Below are positions 17,628 through 28,109 of a stretch of 33,024 nucleotides of DNA, in pieces. Source of the stretch: Polyangiaceae bacterium (GTDB taxonomy: Bacteria > Myxococcota_A > Polyangia > Polyangiales > Polyangiaceae); the NCBI GenBank assembly GCA_044222475.1, contig JBGANF010000091.1:1-33024 (forward strand), read 5' to 3'. The position numbers and the translations under genes are program-made. The notes under the pieces were generated by a model that was not told where the DNA came from, did no database searches, and saw nothing but the letters and a program-made list of their open reading frames with translations. The number at the start of each line of letters is the position of its first letter. Positions within the stretch are counted from its first letter, which is position 1.

Positions 17628-18809
17628 GGCTCGGGTTCCTCGATGTGCTTCGCGAGCGTCGCGAGAAAGAGACCGCCGCGGTGACCATCGCTCACGCGGT
17701 GATCGGCGGCGAGCGTCGCTTGGAGAACCGGGTGCGCGCCCACCATCCCGTCTCGCGCGAAGGGGCGCTCCACCACCTTGCCGAACCCGACGATGGCGAC
17801 CTGAGGCGGGTAGATGACGCCGAACAGCGTCTCCACCCCTTGCTCTCCGAGGTTCGTGATGGTGATCGTCGGGTCGACGAGCTCGGAGCTCCGTATCGCC
17901 CCGGTGCGCGCCCGCGCGACGAGATCGCGGAGGTCGGTCATGATCTGCGCCACCGACTTGGTCTCGACGTCGTGGATCGCAGGCGCGACGAGCCCGCCGC
18001 CGCGAAGAGAGATCGCGAAGCCCACGTGGACGTGCTCGCTCGGGTGGAACGCGTCGTCGTAGTAGAAGCCGTTGAGCTCCGGCACCGCCTTCAGCGCGCG
18101 ACCGGTGGCGCGAATCAAGAGCGCCGCGAGGAGGATGCGCTCGGCCGGCGGCCGCGTCGCGTTGTGGTCGGCGAGCCAGCGCTGAGCGGCGGTCGCGTCG
18201 ATCGTCGTCGCCAAGTAGTAGTGCGGGATCTCGCGCTTCGACCGGGCCATCGCGGCGGCAATGGCGCGCCGCATCGCGGCGTGTCGATCCGCCGCTGGCG
18301 CGAGCTCGGCCTTCGCCGCCGTGGGCGCGGCCACCGGCGTCGGTGCGGGTCGAGCCGCCGCGCGGTCCACGTCGTCGCGGGTGATCGAGCCATGCGGCCC
18401 GGTGGGCGTCGCGGTCGCGAGGTCGACCCCGAGCTCGCGAGCGCGCAGACGAGCCGCGGGCGAGGCGCGAAGATCGGTCGCGCGCGCGGCCGCCCGCGAC
18501 GGCGGCGATGGTGCCGCAGGCGGCGGCGACGGTGCCGCGGGTGCCGGTGGTGCCGCAGGCGGCGTCGCCGGCACGGCGGCGGCGCCGCTCGCGATCCGAG
18601 CGAGCGCAGTGCCCACCGGGACCTTCGTCCCCGGCTCGACGAGGATCGCGTCGACGATGCCCTCGTCCCAAATCTCGAGCTCGATGATCCCCTTGTCGGT
18701 CTCGACCTCGCCGACGACCTGACCCTTCTTCACTCGATCGCCGACCGCGATGCGCCACGATCGCAGCGTGCCCGCCTCCATGTCGGCGCCGAGCGACGGC
18801 ATTCGATAG

Positions 18810-18817
<8 letters not shown>
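17624..18817 (-). CDS. pdhC: Dihydrolipoamide acyltransferase (2-oxoacid dehydrogenase E2)
   Basis: Lipoyl domain MPSLGADM...VETDKG, E3-binding ASPAAR.RARELG...[11 protein letters not shown], and catalytic ADHRVSDG. Confidence 0.93.
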
Positions 18818-19780
<963 letters not shown>

Positions 19781-19784
<4 letters not shown>

Positions 19785-20749
19785 CGGGGTGCCCTCGCGT
19801 AGACGTCGCGGGTGAGATCCTCGACCGGCTCCCACGTGCCGCTCTCGGCGAAGTCGACCGCGGCCGTGACCTCGGCCTCGACCGCGGCCTCGAGCTCGGC
19901 GACCTCGGCGTCGCTGACGAGCCCCTCGAGCCGTCTCCGAAGGAGCACGATCGGATCGCGCTCGCGAAAGTGCGCGACCTCGTCCTTCGAGCGGTAGAGC
20001 TCCGCGTCGAACATCGAGTGCGCGCGGAAGCGGTACGTCTCGAGCTCGAGGAAGCGCGGCCCCGCTCCGGCTCGCACGTCGGCCACCGCCGCGGAGACGG
20101 CCTCCTCGACGGCGAGCACGTCCATGCCGTCGACCCGCGACGCCGGCATCGCATAGCTCCTCGCCTTGATGCAGAGATCGGTCTGCGACTCGGATCGCTC
20201 GATCGCGGTCCCCATCGCGTAGCGGTTGTTCTCGCAGAGGAACAGCACCGGGAGCTTCCAGAGCGCGGCGAGGTTCATCGACTCGTGGAACTCCCCCTCT
20301 TCGACCGCTCCGTCGCCGAAGAAGCACGCGGTGACGCGCTCGCGCTTCTGCATCTGGTCGGCGAGGGCGAGCCCGACGGCGAGCGGCAGCCCGCCGCCGA
20401 CGATCGCGTTGCCGCCGTAGAAGCGCGTGCTCGCGTCGAAGAGGTGCATGCTACCGCCGCGGCCGCGGCTGCACCCTTCTCGCTTGCCGTACATCTCGGC
20501 CATGACCGGGCCCATCGCGACGCCGCGCACGAGCGCGTGGCCGTGCTCGCGATACGTGGCGACGATGGCGTCGTCCGGTTCGAGTGCCCCGATGGCGCCG
20601 GTGCACACCGCTTCTTCGCCGATGTAGAGGTGCAGGAACCCGCGGATCTTCCCCTCGCCGTAGAGCTTCGCGCAGCGCTCCTCGAAGCGCCGCACGCGGA
20701 GCATCTGTCGAAGAAGCTCGAGACCGTGGTCGTGATCGACGGCGCTCAT
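19781..20749 (-). CDS. pdhA: Pyruvate dehydrogenase E1 alpha subunit
   Basis: [24 protein letters not shown] motif GDGA...ENN, and TYRFRAHSM. Confidence 0.95.
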
Positions 20750-22506
20750 GCCGGTCCCTCCAGCGTCGACGTGTCTCCCTCGGGGAGCCCGAGCTCGCGC
20801 GCCTTCAAGAGGCGGCGCATGATCTTCCCGCTTCGCGTGCGCGGCAGCGTCGCGAGGAACGCGATCTCCTTGGGCGCGACCGCCGCGCCGAGGCGCTTGC
20901 GCGCGAAGCCGAGGAGCTCGCGCATGAGCTCCTCGCTCGCCTCGTGGCCAGGCTTGAGCGCCACGAACGCCTTGACGATCTCCATCGCCATCGGATCGGG
21001 CTTTCCGATCACGCCCGCCTCCGCGACGGCGGGGTGCTCGAGGAGCGCGCTCTCGACCTCGAACGGACCGATGAGGTGCCCCGACGACTTGATCACGTCG
21101 TCGGCGCGGCCGATGAACCAGAAGTAGCCGTCGGCGTCGCGCTTCGCGAGATCGCCCGAGAGATACAGGTCACCGACGAAGCACTTCTCGTATCGCGCGC
21201 TCTCACCGAGATAGCCGCGGAACATCGAAGGCCACGGCACGCGCAGCGCAAGCTCGCCTTCGGCGTCGGGCTGGTCGACGATCTCGATCGCGCCGCTCTC
21301 GCTTCGGCGGACGATCACCGCTTCGACGCCGGGCAGCGGCCGTCCCATCGATCCGGGACGCACGTCCATCGCGAGGGTGTTCGCGATCATGATCCCGCCA
21401 GTCTCGGTCTGCCACCAGTTGTCGTGGATCGGGAGCCCGAACGCCTCGAGCCCCCAGAAGACGGCCTCCGGGTTGAGCGGCTCGCCCACGCTCGCGATGA
21501 AGCGCAGGCTCGGGTAGGCCCGTCGCTTCGGTGCGTCGGCGCCACCTCGCATCATCATGCGCACCGCCGTCGGTGCGGTGTACCAGACGGTCACCTTCTG
21601 CTCGTCGAGGATCTGGTACCAGCGCTCGGCGTCGAAGTCGGCTTCGTCGACGACGATCGTCACGCCGTTCGTCAGCGGCGAGAGGATGCCGTACGACATG
21701 CCCGTCACCCATCCGGGATCGGCGGTGCACCAGAACACGTCGTCGCCGTGGAGGTCGAGCGCGAGCCGGCCCGTCACGTGGTGCGCGACCACCGCTTGGT
21801 GAACGTGGATGGCGCCCTTCGGCTTGCCGGTCGTGCCGCTCGTGAAGTGGAGGAGCGCCATCTGCTCGGGGTCGGTCGGCGCGATCTCGAACGCGTCGCT
21901 CGCTCCAGCCATCGCGCGGGCCCAGTCGATCGTGCCTTCGACCGAGGTCTCGCGGCCGTCGTCTCCGACGAGGAACACCTGCATGTTCGGGAACGCGTCG
22001 CGCAACGGGAGGACCTTCTTCCGGTACAGCGACTCGGTCGTCACGATGGCGACCGCCTCGCCGATCTGGAGGCGCGCGCGGATCGGCTCGGGTCCGAACG
22101 CCGAGAACAGCGGCGAGAGGACGCTCCCGTTCTTCAGCGTGCCGAGCACGGCGACGTACAGCTCGGGGATGCGACCGGCGAGCACGAACACGCGGTCGCC
22201 CTTCTTCACCCCTCGGCTCGAGAGCACGTTCGCGAAGCGGTTGGTCTCCCGCTCGAGGTCGGCGTAGGTGAGCGCCTTCGTCGCACCGCTCTTCCCGAGC
22301 CAGCGCAGCGCGACGTGATCGCGCCGGGCGCCGCGCGCGTGCCGAGTGACCGCTTCGTGCGCGATGTTGAGGCCGCCGCCGTTCGGCAGGCCATCGAGGA
22401 GGGCGCGCGCGTCGGTCCACGAAAAGCGCCGGCGAGCCTCGTCGTACTTGGAGATCACCTTCTGGCGGGCTTCCACGGACGGTCCCCTCCGCAAAATCCG
22501 ATCCAC
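20746..22506 (-). CDS. acsA: Acetate--CoA ligase (AMP-forming)
   Basis: [40 protein letters not shown] and TRSGKIMRR motifs. Confidence 0.93.
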   Translation of the reverse strand: MDRILRRGPSVEARQKVISKYDEARRRFSWTDARALLDGLPNGGGLNIAHEAVTRHARGARRDHVALRWLGKSGATKALTYADLERETNRFANVLSSRGVKKGDRVFVLAGRIPELYVAVLGTLKNGSVLSPLFSAFGPEPIRARLQIGEAVAIVTTESLYRKKVLPLRDAFPNMQVFLVGDDGRETSVEGTIDWARAMAGASDAFEIAPTDPEQMALLHFTSGTTGKPKGAIHVHQAVVAHHVTGRLALDLHGDDVFWCTADPGWVTGMSYGILSPLTNGVTIVVDEADFDAERWYQILDEQKVTVWYTAPTAVRMMMRGGADAPKRRAYPSLRFIASVGEPLNPEAVFWGLEAFGLPIHDNWWQTETGGIMIANTLAMDVRPGSMGRPLPGVEAVIVRRSESGAIEIVDQPDAEGELALRVPWPSMFRGYLGESARYEKCFVGDLYLSGDLAKRDADGYFWFIGRADDVIKSSGHLIGPFEVESALLEHPAVAEAGVIGKPDPMAMEIVKAFVALKPGHEASEELMRELLGFARKRLGAAVAPKEIAFLATLPRTRSGKIMRRLLKARELGLPEGDTSTLEGPA

Positions 22507-22628
22507 TCGAATTCATTGGGGTTTGTCACTCCGCAGGTGCGCCATCTGCGCCGGCCGCCGCAAACCGTGCAGGTTGCTGCCTGCCCGGGATGGCATCGAG
22601 GTACGACCCTATCCGACGGGAGGCTCCG

Positions 22629-23570
22629 ATGTCCGCTAACCACCGCAACGCCACTTCCTGGGCCACGGTTCTCGCGGCGCTGATCGCCGGTGCCGCCGCA
22701 GTCGCGTGCATGACCCCGGCGAACACGCTGGACGGCACGTTCGATCCCCCGTTCCCGGACGCGGCGAACGTCGACGTGGACGAGCAGGGCGGCGTCGGCA
22801 TCGTCGACGGCGGCGCGGGCACGGGATCGAACACCGGTCTTCCGTGTGACGTCCAAGCGCTGCTCGAGATCCGGTGCATCGCTTGCCACTCGGGCAAGAG
22901 CCCGGCGCCGCTCCTCACCTACGCCGACCTCGTCGCGCCCTCGCCGACCGTCTCCGGGAAGACCGTGGCGCAGGTCTCGCTCGATCGCATGAAGAGCACC
23001 ACCTCGCCGATGCCGCCCGCGCCGGCGGTCCCGCCGACCGCGCAGGAGATCGCGACGTTCGAGACGTGGGTGAACGGCGGTACCAAAATGGGACAAGCTT
23101 GCGCTGGCGACGGCGGCACGCCGACCGCCGATGGAGGCGCAGTCGACGCCGGCCAGAACCCGTACAGCGCCCCGCCCAAGTGCACGAGCAACAAGTTCTG
23201 GACGAGCGGGAACAGCGGAAACATGGCGCCAGGGCAGGCGTGTCAGGCCTGCCATCAGAAGCAGGGAGGCCCGGCGTTCACGATCGCGGGCACGGTCTAC
23301 CCGACCGCCCACGAGCCGGTGAACTGCAACGGAGCGCCCGGGCCGATGCAGGTGGTCGTCACCGACAAGAACGCGAAGGTCGTCACGATCAACGTGAACT
23401 CGGTCGGAAACTTCTCGAGCAACTCCACGCTCGCCGCGCCCTTCACGGTGAAGGTCGCCAACGGCGTGAAGACGCGACCGATGGCGGGTGCGCTCACGTC
23501 GGGCGACTGCAACTCCTGCCACACCCAGAACGGCGCGAACGGCGCTCCAGGACGGATCCTGGCGCCCTGA
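22629..23570 (+). CDS. Triheme c-type cytochrome lipoprotein
   Basis: GGGAGG RBS, lipobox AVA-C, three CxxCH motifs (CIACH, CQACH, CNSCH), and MPP as candidate distal Met for heme 1. Confidence 0.85.
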   Translation: MSANHRNATSWATVLAALIAGAAAVACMTPANTLDGTFDPPFPDAANVDVDEQGGVGIVDGGAGTGSNTGLPCDVQALLEIRCIACHSGKSPAPLLTYADLVAPSPTVSGKTVAQVSLDRMKSTTSPMPPAPAVPPTAQEIATFETWVNGGTKMGQACAGDGGTPTADGGAVDAGQNPYSAPPKCTSNKFWTSGNSGNMAPGQACQACHQKQGGPAFTIAGTVYPTAHEPVNCNGAPGPMQVVVTDKNAKVVTINVNSVGNFSSNSTLAAPFTVKVANGVKTRPMAGALTSGDCNSCHTQNGANGAPGRILAP

Positions 23571-23579
23571 AATCAACGC

Positions 23580-23598
23580 CCGTGATCTTCGATCACGG
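23580..23598 (+). terminator. Hairpin after the cytochrome stop (possible terminator or stabiliser)
   Basis: ccgtgatc-TTC-gatcacgg, 10 bp after TGA. No strong U-tract. Confidence 0.4.
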
Positions 23599-23605
23599 CG
23601 CTTCC

Positions 23606-23937
23606 TAGCAGGCTGCGGAGGAAGCGTAGTCGCAGGTTGCGTGCCCTCGTGCCGATTTGGCAGGTCGTCGCTCGGGAGTGGGAGCGGGAGAGGGAGCGGG
23701 AGGAGGTCGAGTCTGCCCTCACGCTCCTGGGCGAGGCCGGCCAGATCATCGGCCGACTACCGCGCGGGCACGCGTACTTCAATACAACCGCTCACGAACG
23801 ACGAAGCTACTTCCTTCCCGTCCCTGCCTAACGCAGCCTCCCGCTCCCCCTCCCACTCCCACTCCCGAGCGACAACCCAGCGGTCCGGCAGGAGGGCATG
23901 CACCTTGGAAAGACTCTCGTTTGGCCGCAGCCTGCTA
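23606..23937. mobile_element. MITE-like element with ~100-bp imperfect terminal inverted repeats and an internal gene remnant
   Basis: Perfect 13-bp ends tagcaggctgcgg / ccgcagcctgcta. Inner arms 23606-23703 and 23837-23937 share tgc.tgccctc.tgccg and gtcgctcgggagtgggag.gggag.gggagcgggagg. Confidence 0.7.
23704..23831 (+). pseudogene. Probable four-helix-bundle protein (TIGR02436-type) fragment
   Basis: Reads ALTLLGEAGQIIGRLPRGHAYF, resembling the helix1-LPRG-helix2 junction of that family. Truncated, with no credible start. Confidence 0.45.
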
Positions 23938-25179
23938 AGAGCTCTTCGGCAGCGGGCGCCCGACGACGTCGAGGTACTCGTGAGGGACGAGGGCGGTCGC
24001 GAGCATCACGTCGTTGATGTCTTGGTGCTCCGCCCACGACGTCGACGCTCGGTTCTTCTCGTCGAGCCAGAACGCCACGAGCTTGTCGCCGAGCGGTGCG
24101 TACGCCCCGATCGCGTCCAACAGAACGTGCGCTTCCGCGCCACGCGCGAAGCGCCCGCCGAGCTCGGCGCGCGCGGTGTCGATGGCGCGCAGGCCGATCG
24201 CGAGCCCGAGCTCGCGGAACCCGAGACGCGACGCGGCAGCCCGATCGAGATCACGCCGGAAGGCCCACCGCTCGAGCCCCTGGAGAGCGCTGCGCATCAG
24301 ATCGATGGAGAGCGACTGATCGAACTTGGTCGTGCGGGCGAGCTGCGCGAGCCGGCAGACGTCCACGAGCATACCGCCGATGCCGAGAGGATCTTCGGTC
24401 GCGAAGTCGGCAGCGGCCACCAGACCTCGGTACGTTGCGAGCTGAGCGTCGAGCTCGGGTTGAGCGCCCGGCCCGGCGCGGAGCTCGGCCGTCGTGAGGA
24501 GCCCGTCGAGCGGGTCGTGTTGACCGGTCGACGGCACGAGCGGCCGCGACAGGTCGATGCTCATCTTCCACACCATGCCGCCCCCCGCGGCGCCGGTCGG
24601 GCGAACGAACGCCGCGTGGGCCGTCGCCGCGAGCTCTCGCGCCCACACGTCGTACCGGGGATCCTGCTCCGCCCGCGCGACGAGGTGCAGCGCGTGGATC
24701 CACTTCGTCAGGTAGTGGAAGTACTGGCCGTCGCGGTCCCACTCGACCTGGGGGTCGAACGGATCGCCGACGCGACGCTCGGGGAGCGGCTTGCCGATCC
24801 GTAGCCCGCCGCGGGTCGGGTGAGCCTCTCCGGCGCTCGCGGAGAGGCCGCTGATCCATCCGGTGCGCGAGTCGTCTGGCCGATGGCGACCGAGGACGTG
24901 GTGCACTTGGTCCACGAGCGCGAGCGCGAGCCGACGATGGCGCGGCTCGTCCGCGGCCACGCGAGCGAGTCCGATGAAGTTGCACACTGCATGGGCATCG
25001 GTCCAAAGGTAGCGGCGCGGCGACGCAGACGACTCGATGCCGGTGCGCTCGGCGAACGCGAGCATGAGCTTCGAGGCCCGCTCCACGGCGACGCTTCGAC
25101 TCGCCGACGCGACGCGCTTTTCTTGCGCATCGGCGACCCGCACCGTTCGCGCACCGCCGCAGTCTCTGCGGTCAGCCAT
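23935..25179 (-). CDS. Conserved hypothetical protein, possibly an (alpha/alpha)-barrel six-hairpin-like fold
   Basis: Motif-rich sequence RRYLWTDA.AVCN, GLRIGK.LPER, DRDGQYFHYLTKWIHAL, WKMSIDLSRPLV.S.GQHDPLDG, RLGFRELGLAIGL, EHQDINDVM. Start could be downstream (about 25065-25086). Confidence 0.8.
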   Translation of the reverse strand: MADRRDCGGARTVRVADAQEKRVASASRSVAVERASKLMLAFAERTGIESSASPRRYLWTDAHAVCNFIGLARVAADEPRHRRLALALVDQVHHVLGRHRPDDSRTGWISGLSASAGEAHPTRGGLRIGKPLPERRVGDPFDPQVEWDRDGQYFHYLTKWIHALHLVARAEQDPRYDVWARELAATAHAAFVRPTGAAGGGMVWKMSIDLSRPLVPSTGQHDPLDGLLTTAELRAGPGAQPELDAQLATYRGLVAAADFATEDPLGIGGMLVDVCRLAQLARTTKFDQSLSIDLMRSALQGLERWAFRRDLDRAAASRLGFRELGLAIGLRAIDTARAELGGRFARGAEAHVLLDAIGAYAPLGDKLVAFWLDEKNRASTSWAEHQDINDVMLATALVPHEYLDVVGRPLPKSS

Positions 25180-25414
25180 CGATCGCCTCTCGGTTGCCGG
25201 ATCCCGCGTGTGGCACGGATCCGATCTCGACGGTCTCGGGCAGCGCCGGCGCGCTCGGCCGCTCGAACGGCTCGTTCACGAGCGGCTCCGGCGGGGGAAA
25301 TCCAGTGGCCGCAAGCCGATCGTGGACCTCGGGCTCGTCCAGCGGACGCGCTCGTGGTGTCGGTGTGCGTGCCGGCCGCTTCGCCGTCTTCGACTTCGGG
25401 GCTCGCTTTTTCAT
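25172..25414 (-). CDS. Small hypothetical protein (80 aa)
   Basis: GGGAGGA RBS before MKKRAPKSK.... Its stop overlaps the start of the next gene. Confidence 0.55.
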   Translation of the reverse strand: MKKRAPKSKTAKRPARTPTPRARPLDEPEVHDRLAATGFPPPEPLVNEPFERPSAPALPETVEIGSVPHAGSGNREAIDG

Positions 25415-25460
25415 CGGGTCCTCCCGATGACCTCCCTTGCATCGGGAGTGCCAGCGACGC

Positions 25461-27341
25461 TCAGACGACTTCGGCGGGAACGGGCGACGCCATGTCGGGC
25501 TTGGCGATGGGGAACGTGAGGCGGAACGTGCTCCCCTTCCCGACCGTGCTCTCCACACCGACGGTCCCCCCCTGCGCCTCGACGAGGTGCTTCACGATCG
25601 CGAGCCCGAGGCCCGTGCCGCCGAGCTCGCGCGAGCGGCCGGTGTCGACGCGATAGAACCGCTCGAAGAGCCGCGGGAGATGTCGCTCCGCGATGCCGGG
25701 TCCGGTGTCGGCGACGGCGACTCGCACTGCGCCGCTCTGCTCCTTCGCCGAGACGACGACGCGCGCGCCGTCCGGCGAGTACTTGATCGCGTTCTCGACC
25801 AGGTTCGTGAGGATCTGCTCCATCGCGCGCCGATCGAGCCGCGCCGGCGGCAGCGAGCGGTCGACTTGGGCGCTGAGCGTGATGCGCTTCTTCGCGGCGC
25901 GCTCGCGGAGGAGCTCGAGCACGTGGGGGACGAACTCGCCGAGGTCGATCGGCTCGACCGCGAGGCGCAGCTCGCGCGCCTCGATCCTGGAGAGGTCGAG
26001 GAGATCCTCGACGAGGCGTTGAAGGCGCTCGGCGTTGCGCTCGATGATGTCGATGAAGTGCTTCGCGGCTTCGGGGTCGCTCTCGAACGCGAGGCGAAGC
26101 GTTTCGGCGGCCGAGCGAACGGCGGTGATCGGCGTTCGCAGCTCGTGCGATGCGTTGGCGACGAAGTCCTTGCGCATCGACTCGAGGCGCCGGATGTCGG
26201 TCACGTCGACGAAGACGGCGAGCACGCCGCCCGGCTCGTCCGCGAGCGGAACCGCGCGGACGAGGACGCGACGCGGCTTGAGCCCCGAGAGCTCGATCTC
26301 GCCCGTGCGCATCGAGTCGCTCTTGCCTTCGAGGAGCTCGGCGAGCTCCGCGTTCTGCAGGACGTCGATCGGTTTGTTGCCCACCGCGCCCTCGCCGAGG
26401 AGGAGCATCTCGCGGAGCGCAGGGTTGACGAGCGCGATGTGACCGGTGTGATCGAGGAGGAGGACTCCCTCCTGCATGCCGGAGAGGATGCGACCGACGA
26501 GATCGCGCTCGGTGCTGAGCTCGCGCACGGTGATCGAAAGACTCTCGGCGAGCTGATCGAGCGCTCGCCCCAGCGCGGCGAACTCGTCTCGCCCCCGGAG
26601 CCGGGCGCGCGCGCTGAAGTCGCCCTTGGCCATCGCGCGCGCGACCCCGGTGAGGTGGCGAATCGTGGACGAGCCGAATTGGGCGCCGGCGAACGCGGTG
26701 GCGGCGGCGACGGCGAGCGCGAGGAGCGAACCGACGAGCAGCGCGTTCATGAGCTCGTCCTTCGCCTGCGCGACCTCGACGAGCGGCACCGCGACGCGCG
26801 CGAACCCGCCGCCCGAGAGTGGAACGGCGACGTACAGCATCTGCTGGTGGACGGTGTCGCTGAGGCGTGACGACACGCCGTGGCCCGTCGCGCGCGCTTG
26901 CACGAGCTCCGGGCGTTGGCTGTGGTTCTCGATCGTGGGGAGTCGCTCGAGCGTGACGTCCGAGTCGCCGAGGACTCGACCATCGTCGGCGACGATCGTC
27001 ACTCGCGCGTGCGCCGAGGCACCGAGGTCGTCGGCGAGGCGATCGCACCCCGCGAAGTCGACGCAGTGCGCACGCTCGACGTCGCGCTTCACGAGCTCGG
27101 CGCGAACGGAGAGGTCGGCCTCGATCCGAGACGTCATCAGACGCTCCAACGCCGACGCGAGGTACGCGTGGGCCACGAGCAGCGACAACGCGATGATCCC
27201 CAGCGCCGCGAGGAACAGCTTGGTACGAACGCCGAACGAAACGAGCGGCTTCGGCCCCGGCGGGGACAGCGAGACCCGACGGTCCGCCTCGGCACGCCCG
27301 CGACGGCGCGTGCTCCGGGGTGCCGCGGCGATCTCGCTCAC
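25461..27341 (-). CDS. phoR: PhoR-type sensor histidine kinase (TM-sCache-TM-HAMP-PAS-HisKA-HATPase)
   Basis: ENHSQRPE periplasmic motif, H-box DFVANASHELRTPI, NLVENAIKYS, DTGPGI, LFERFYRVD.GRSRELGGTGLGLAIVKH. GTGA overlap with phoB. Confidence 0.9.
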   Translation of the reverse strand: MSEIAAAPRSTRRRGRAEADRRVSLSPPGPKPLVSFGVRTKLFLAALGIIALSLLVAHAYLASALERLMTSRIEADLSVRAELVKRDVERAHCVDFAGCDRLADDLGASAHARVTIVADDGRVLGDSDVTLERLPTIENHSQRPELVQARATGHGVSSRLSDTVHQQMLYVAVPLSGGGFARVAVPLVEVAQAKDELMNALLVGSLLALAVAAATAFAGAQFGSSTIRHLTGVARAMAKGDFSARARLRGRDEFAALGRALDQLAESLSITVRELSTERDLVGRILSGMQEGVLLLDHTGHIALVNPALREMLLLGEGAVGNKPIDVLQNAELAELLEGKSDSMRTGEIELSGLKPRRVLVRAVPLADEPGGVLAVFVDVTDIRRLESMRKDFVANASHELRTPITAVRSAAETLRLAFESDPEAAKHFIDIIERNAERLQRLVEDLLDLSRIEARELRLAVEPIDLGEFVPHVLELLRERAAKKRITLSAQVDRSLPPARLDRRAMEQILTNLVENAIKYSPDGARVVVSAKEQSGAVRVAVADTGPGIAERHLPRLFERFYRVDTGRSRELGGTGLGLAIVKHLVEAQGGTVGVESTVGKGSTFRLTFPIAKPDMASPVPAEVV

Positions 27342-28030
27342 GATTCCGGCTGGGCGGTGAACCGGTACCCGACGCCGCGCACGGTCTCGATGTACTCGCC
27401 GCGGCTGCCGAGCTTCTCGCGGAGGCGTTTGACGTGAGTATCGACCGTACGCGTCGAGAGGTCGGGCGAGAGACCCCACACGTCGTCGAGCAGGGTGCCG
27501 CGCGACTGGACGCGGTTGCGACGCTCGTAGAACGTGAGGAGCAAGCGGAACTCGAGGGCGGTGAGCTCGACCTCGGTGCCGTCGACCCACACGCGGTGGG
27601 CCTCGCGGTCGATCTTGATGCCGCCGAACTCGATGATGGCCGTGCTGGGTGGTGTCGACTTCGTGCGACGCAGAACCGCCTGCACTCGGAGCAACAGCTC
27701 GCGCATGCTGAACGGCTTCACCACGTAGTCGTCGGCGCCGACCTCGAAGCCGACGACGCGGTCGATCTCTTCGCCGCGCGCCGTGAGCATGAGCACCGGC
27801 ACGTGGGCCTGCTCCGGGACTTTCCGCATCGCGCGGCAGATCTCGATCCCCGACGTGTCGGGGAGCATCACGTCCAGGATGACGAGGTCGAGCTGCCCCG
27901 GCCGCGCCAGCTGCGCGTGGGCCTCTTCGCCGCTGGCGGCGACGAGCACCTCGTGGCCGGCCTGCTTCAGGTTGAAGACCACGACGTCACGGATGTCTTT
28001 CTCGTCCTCGACGATGAGAATCCTCGCCAT
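27338..28030 (-). CDS. phoB: PhoB/OmpR-family response regulator
   Basis: ILIVEDE, LDVMLP, GADDYVVKPF, and winged helix TRTVDTHVKRLREKLG...IETVRGVGY. Confidence 0.92.
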   Translation of the reverse strand: MARILIVEDEKDIRDVVVFNLKQAGHEVLVAASGEEAHAQLARPGQLDLVILDVMLPDTSGIEICRAMRKVPEQAHVPVLMLTARGEEIDRVVGFEVGADDYVVKPFSMRELLLRVQAVLRRTKSTPPSTAIIEFGGIKIDREAHRVWVDGTEVELTALEFRLLLTFYERRNRVQSRGTLLDDVWGLSPDLSTRTVDTHVKRLREKLGSRGEYIETVRGVGYRFTAQPES

Positions 28031-28063
28031 GTTCCTTCCTTTCCTGGTGCCCTATCTAAGCGC

Positions 28064-28086
28064 TCAATGTGACAGGCAGGTGACGA
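28064..28086 (-). promoter_or_regulatory. Pho box-like direct repeat upstream of phoB
   Basis: Minus strand tcGTCACctgcctGTCACattga: two GTCAC half-sites with exact 11-bp periodicity (gtgac at 28069 and 28080 on +). Confidence 0.7.
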
Positions 28087-28109
28087 CGCGCCAACGGTTC
28101 GGGCTCCCT

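Noticed and set aside
20584..22683. 699-aa plus-strand ORF and similar shadows over acsA/pdh, ACAD and phoR
   Set aside because: Overlap genes with clear catalytic motifs on the other strand or frame.
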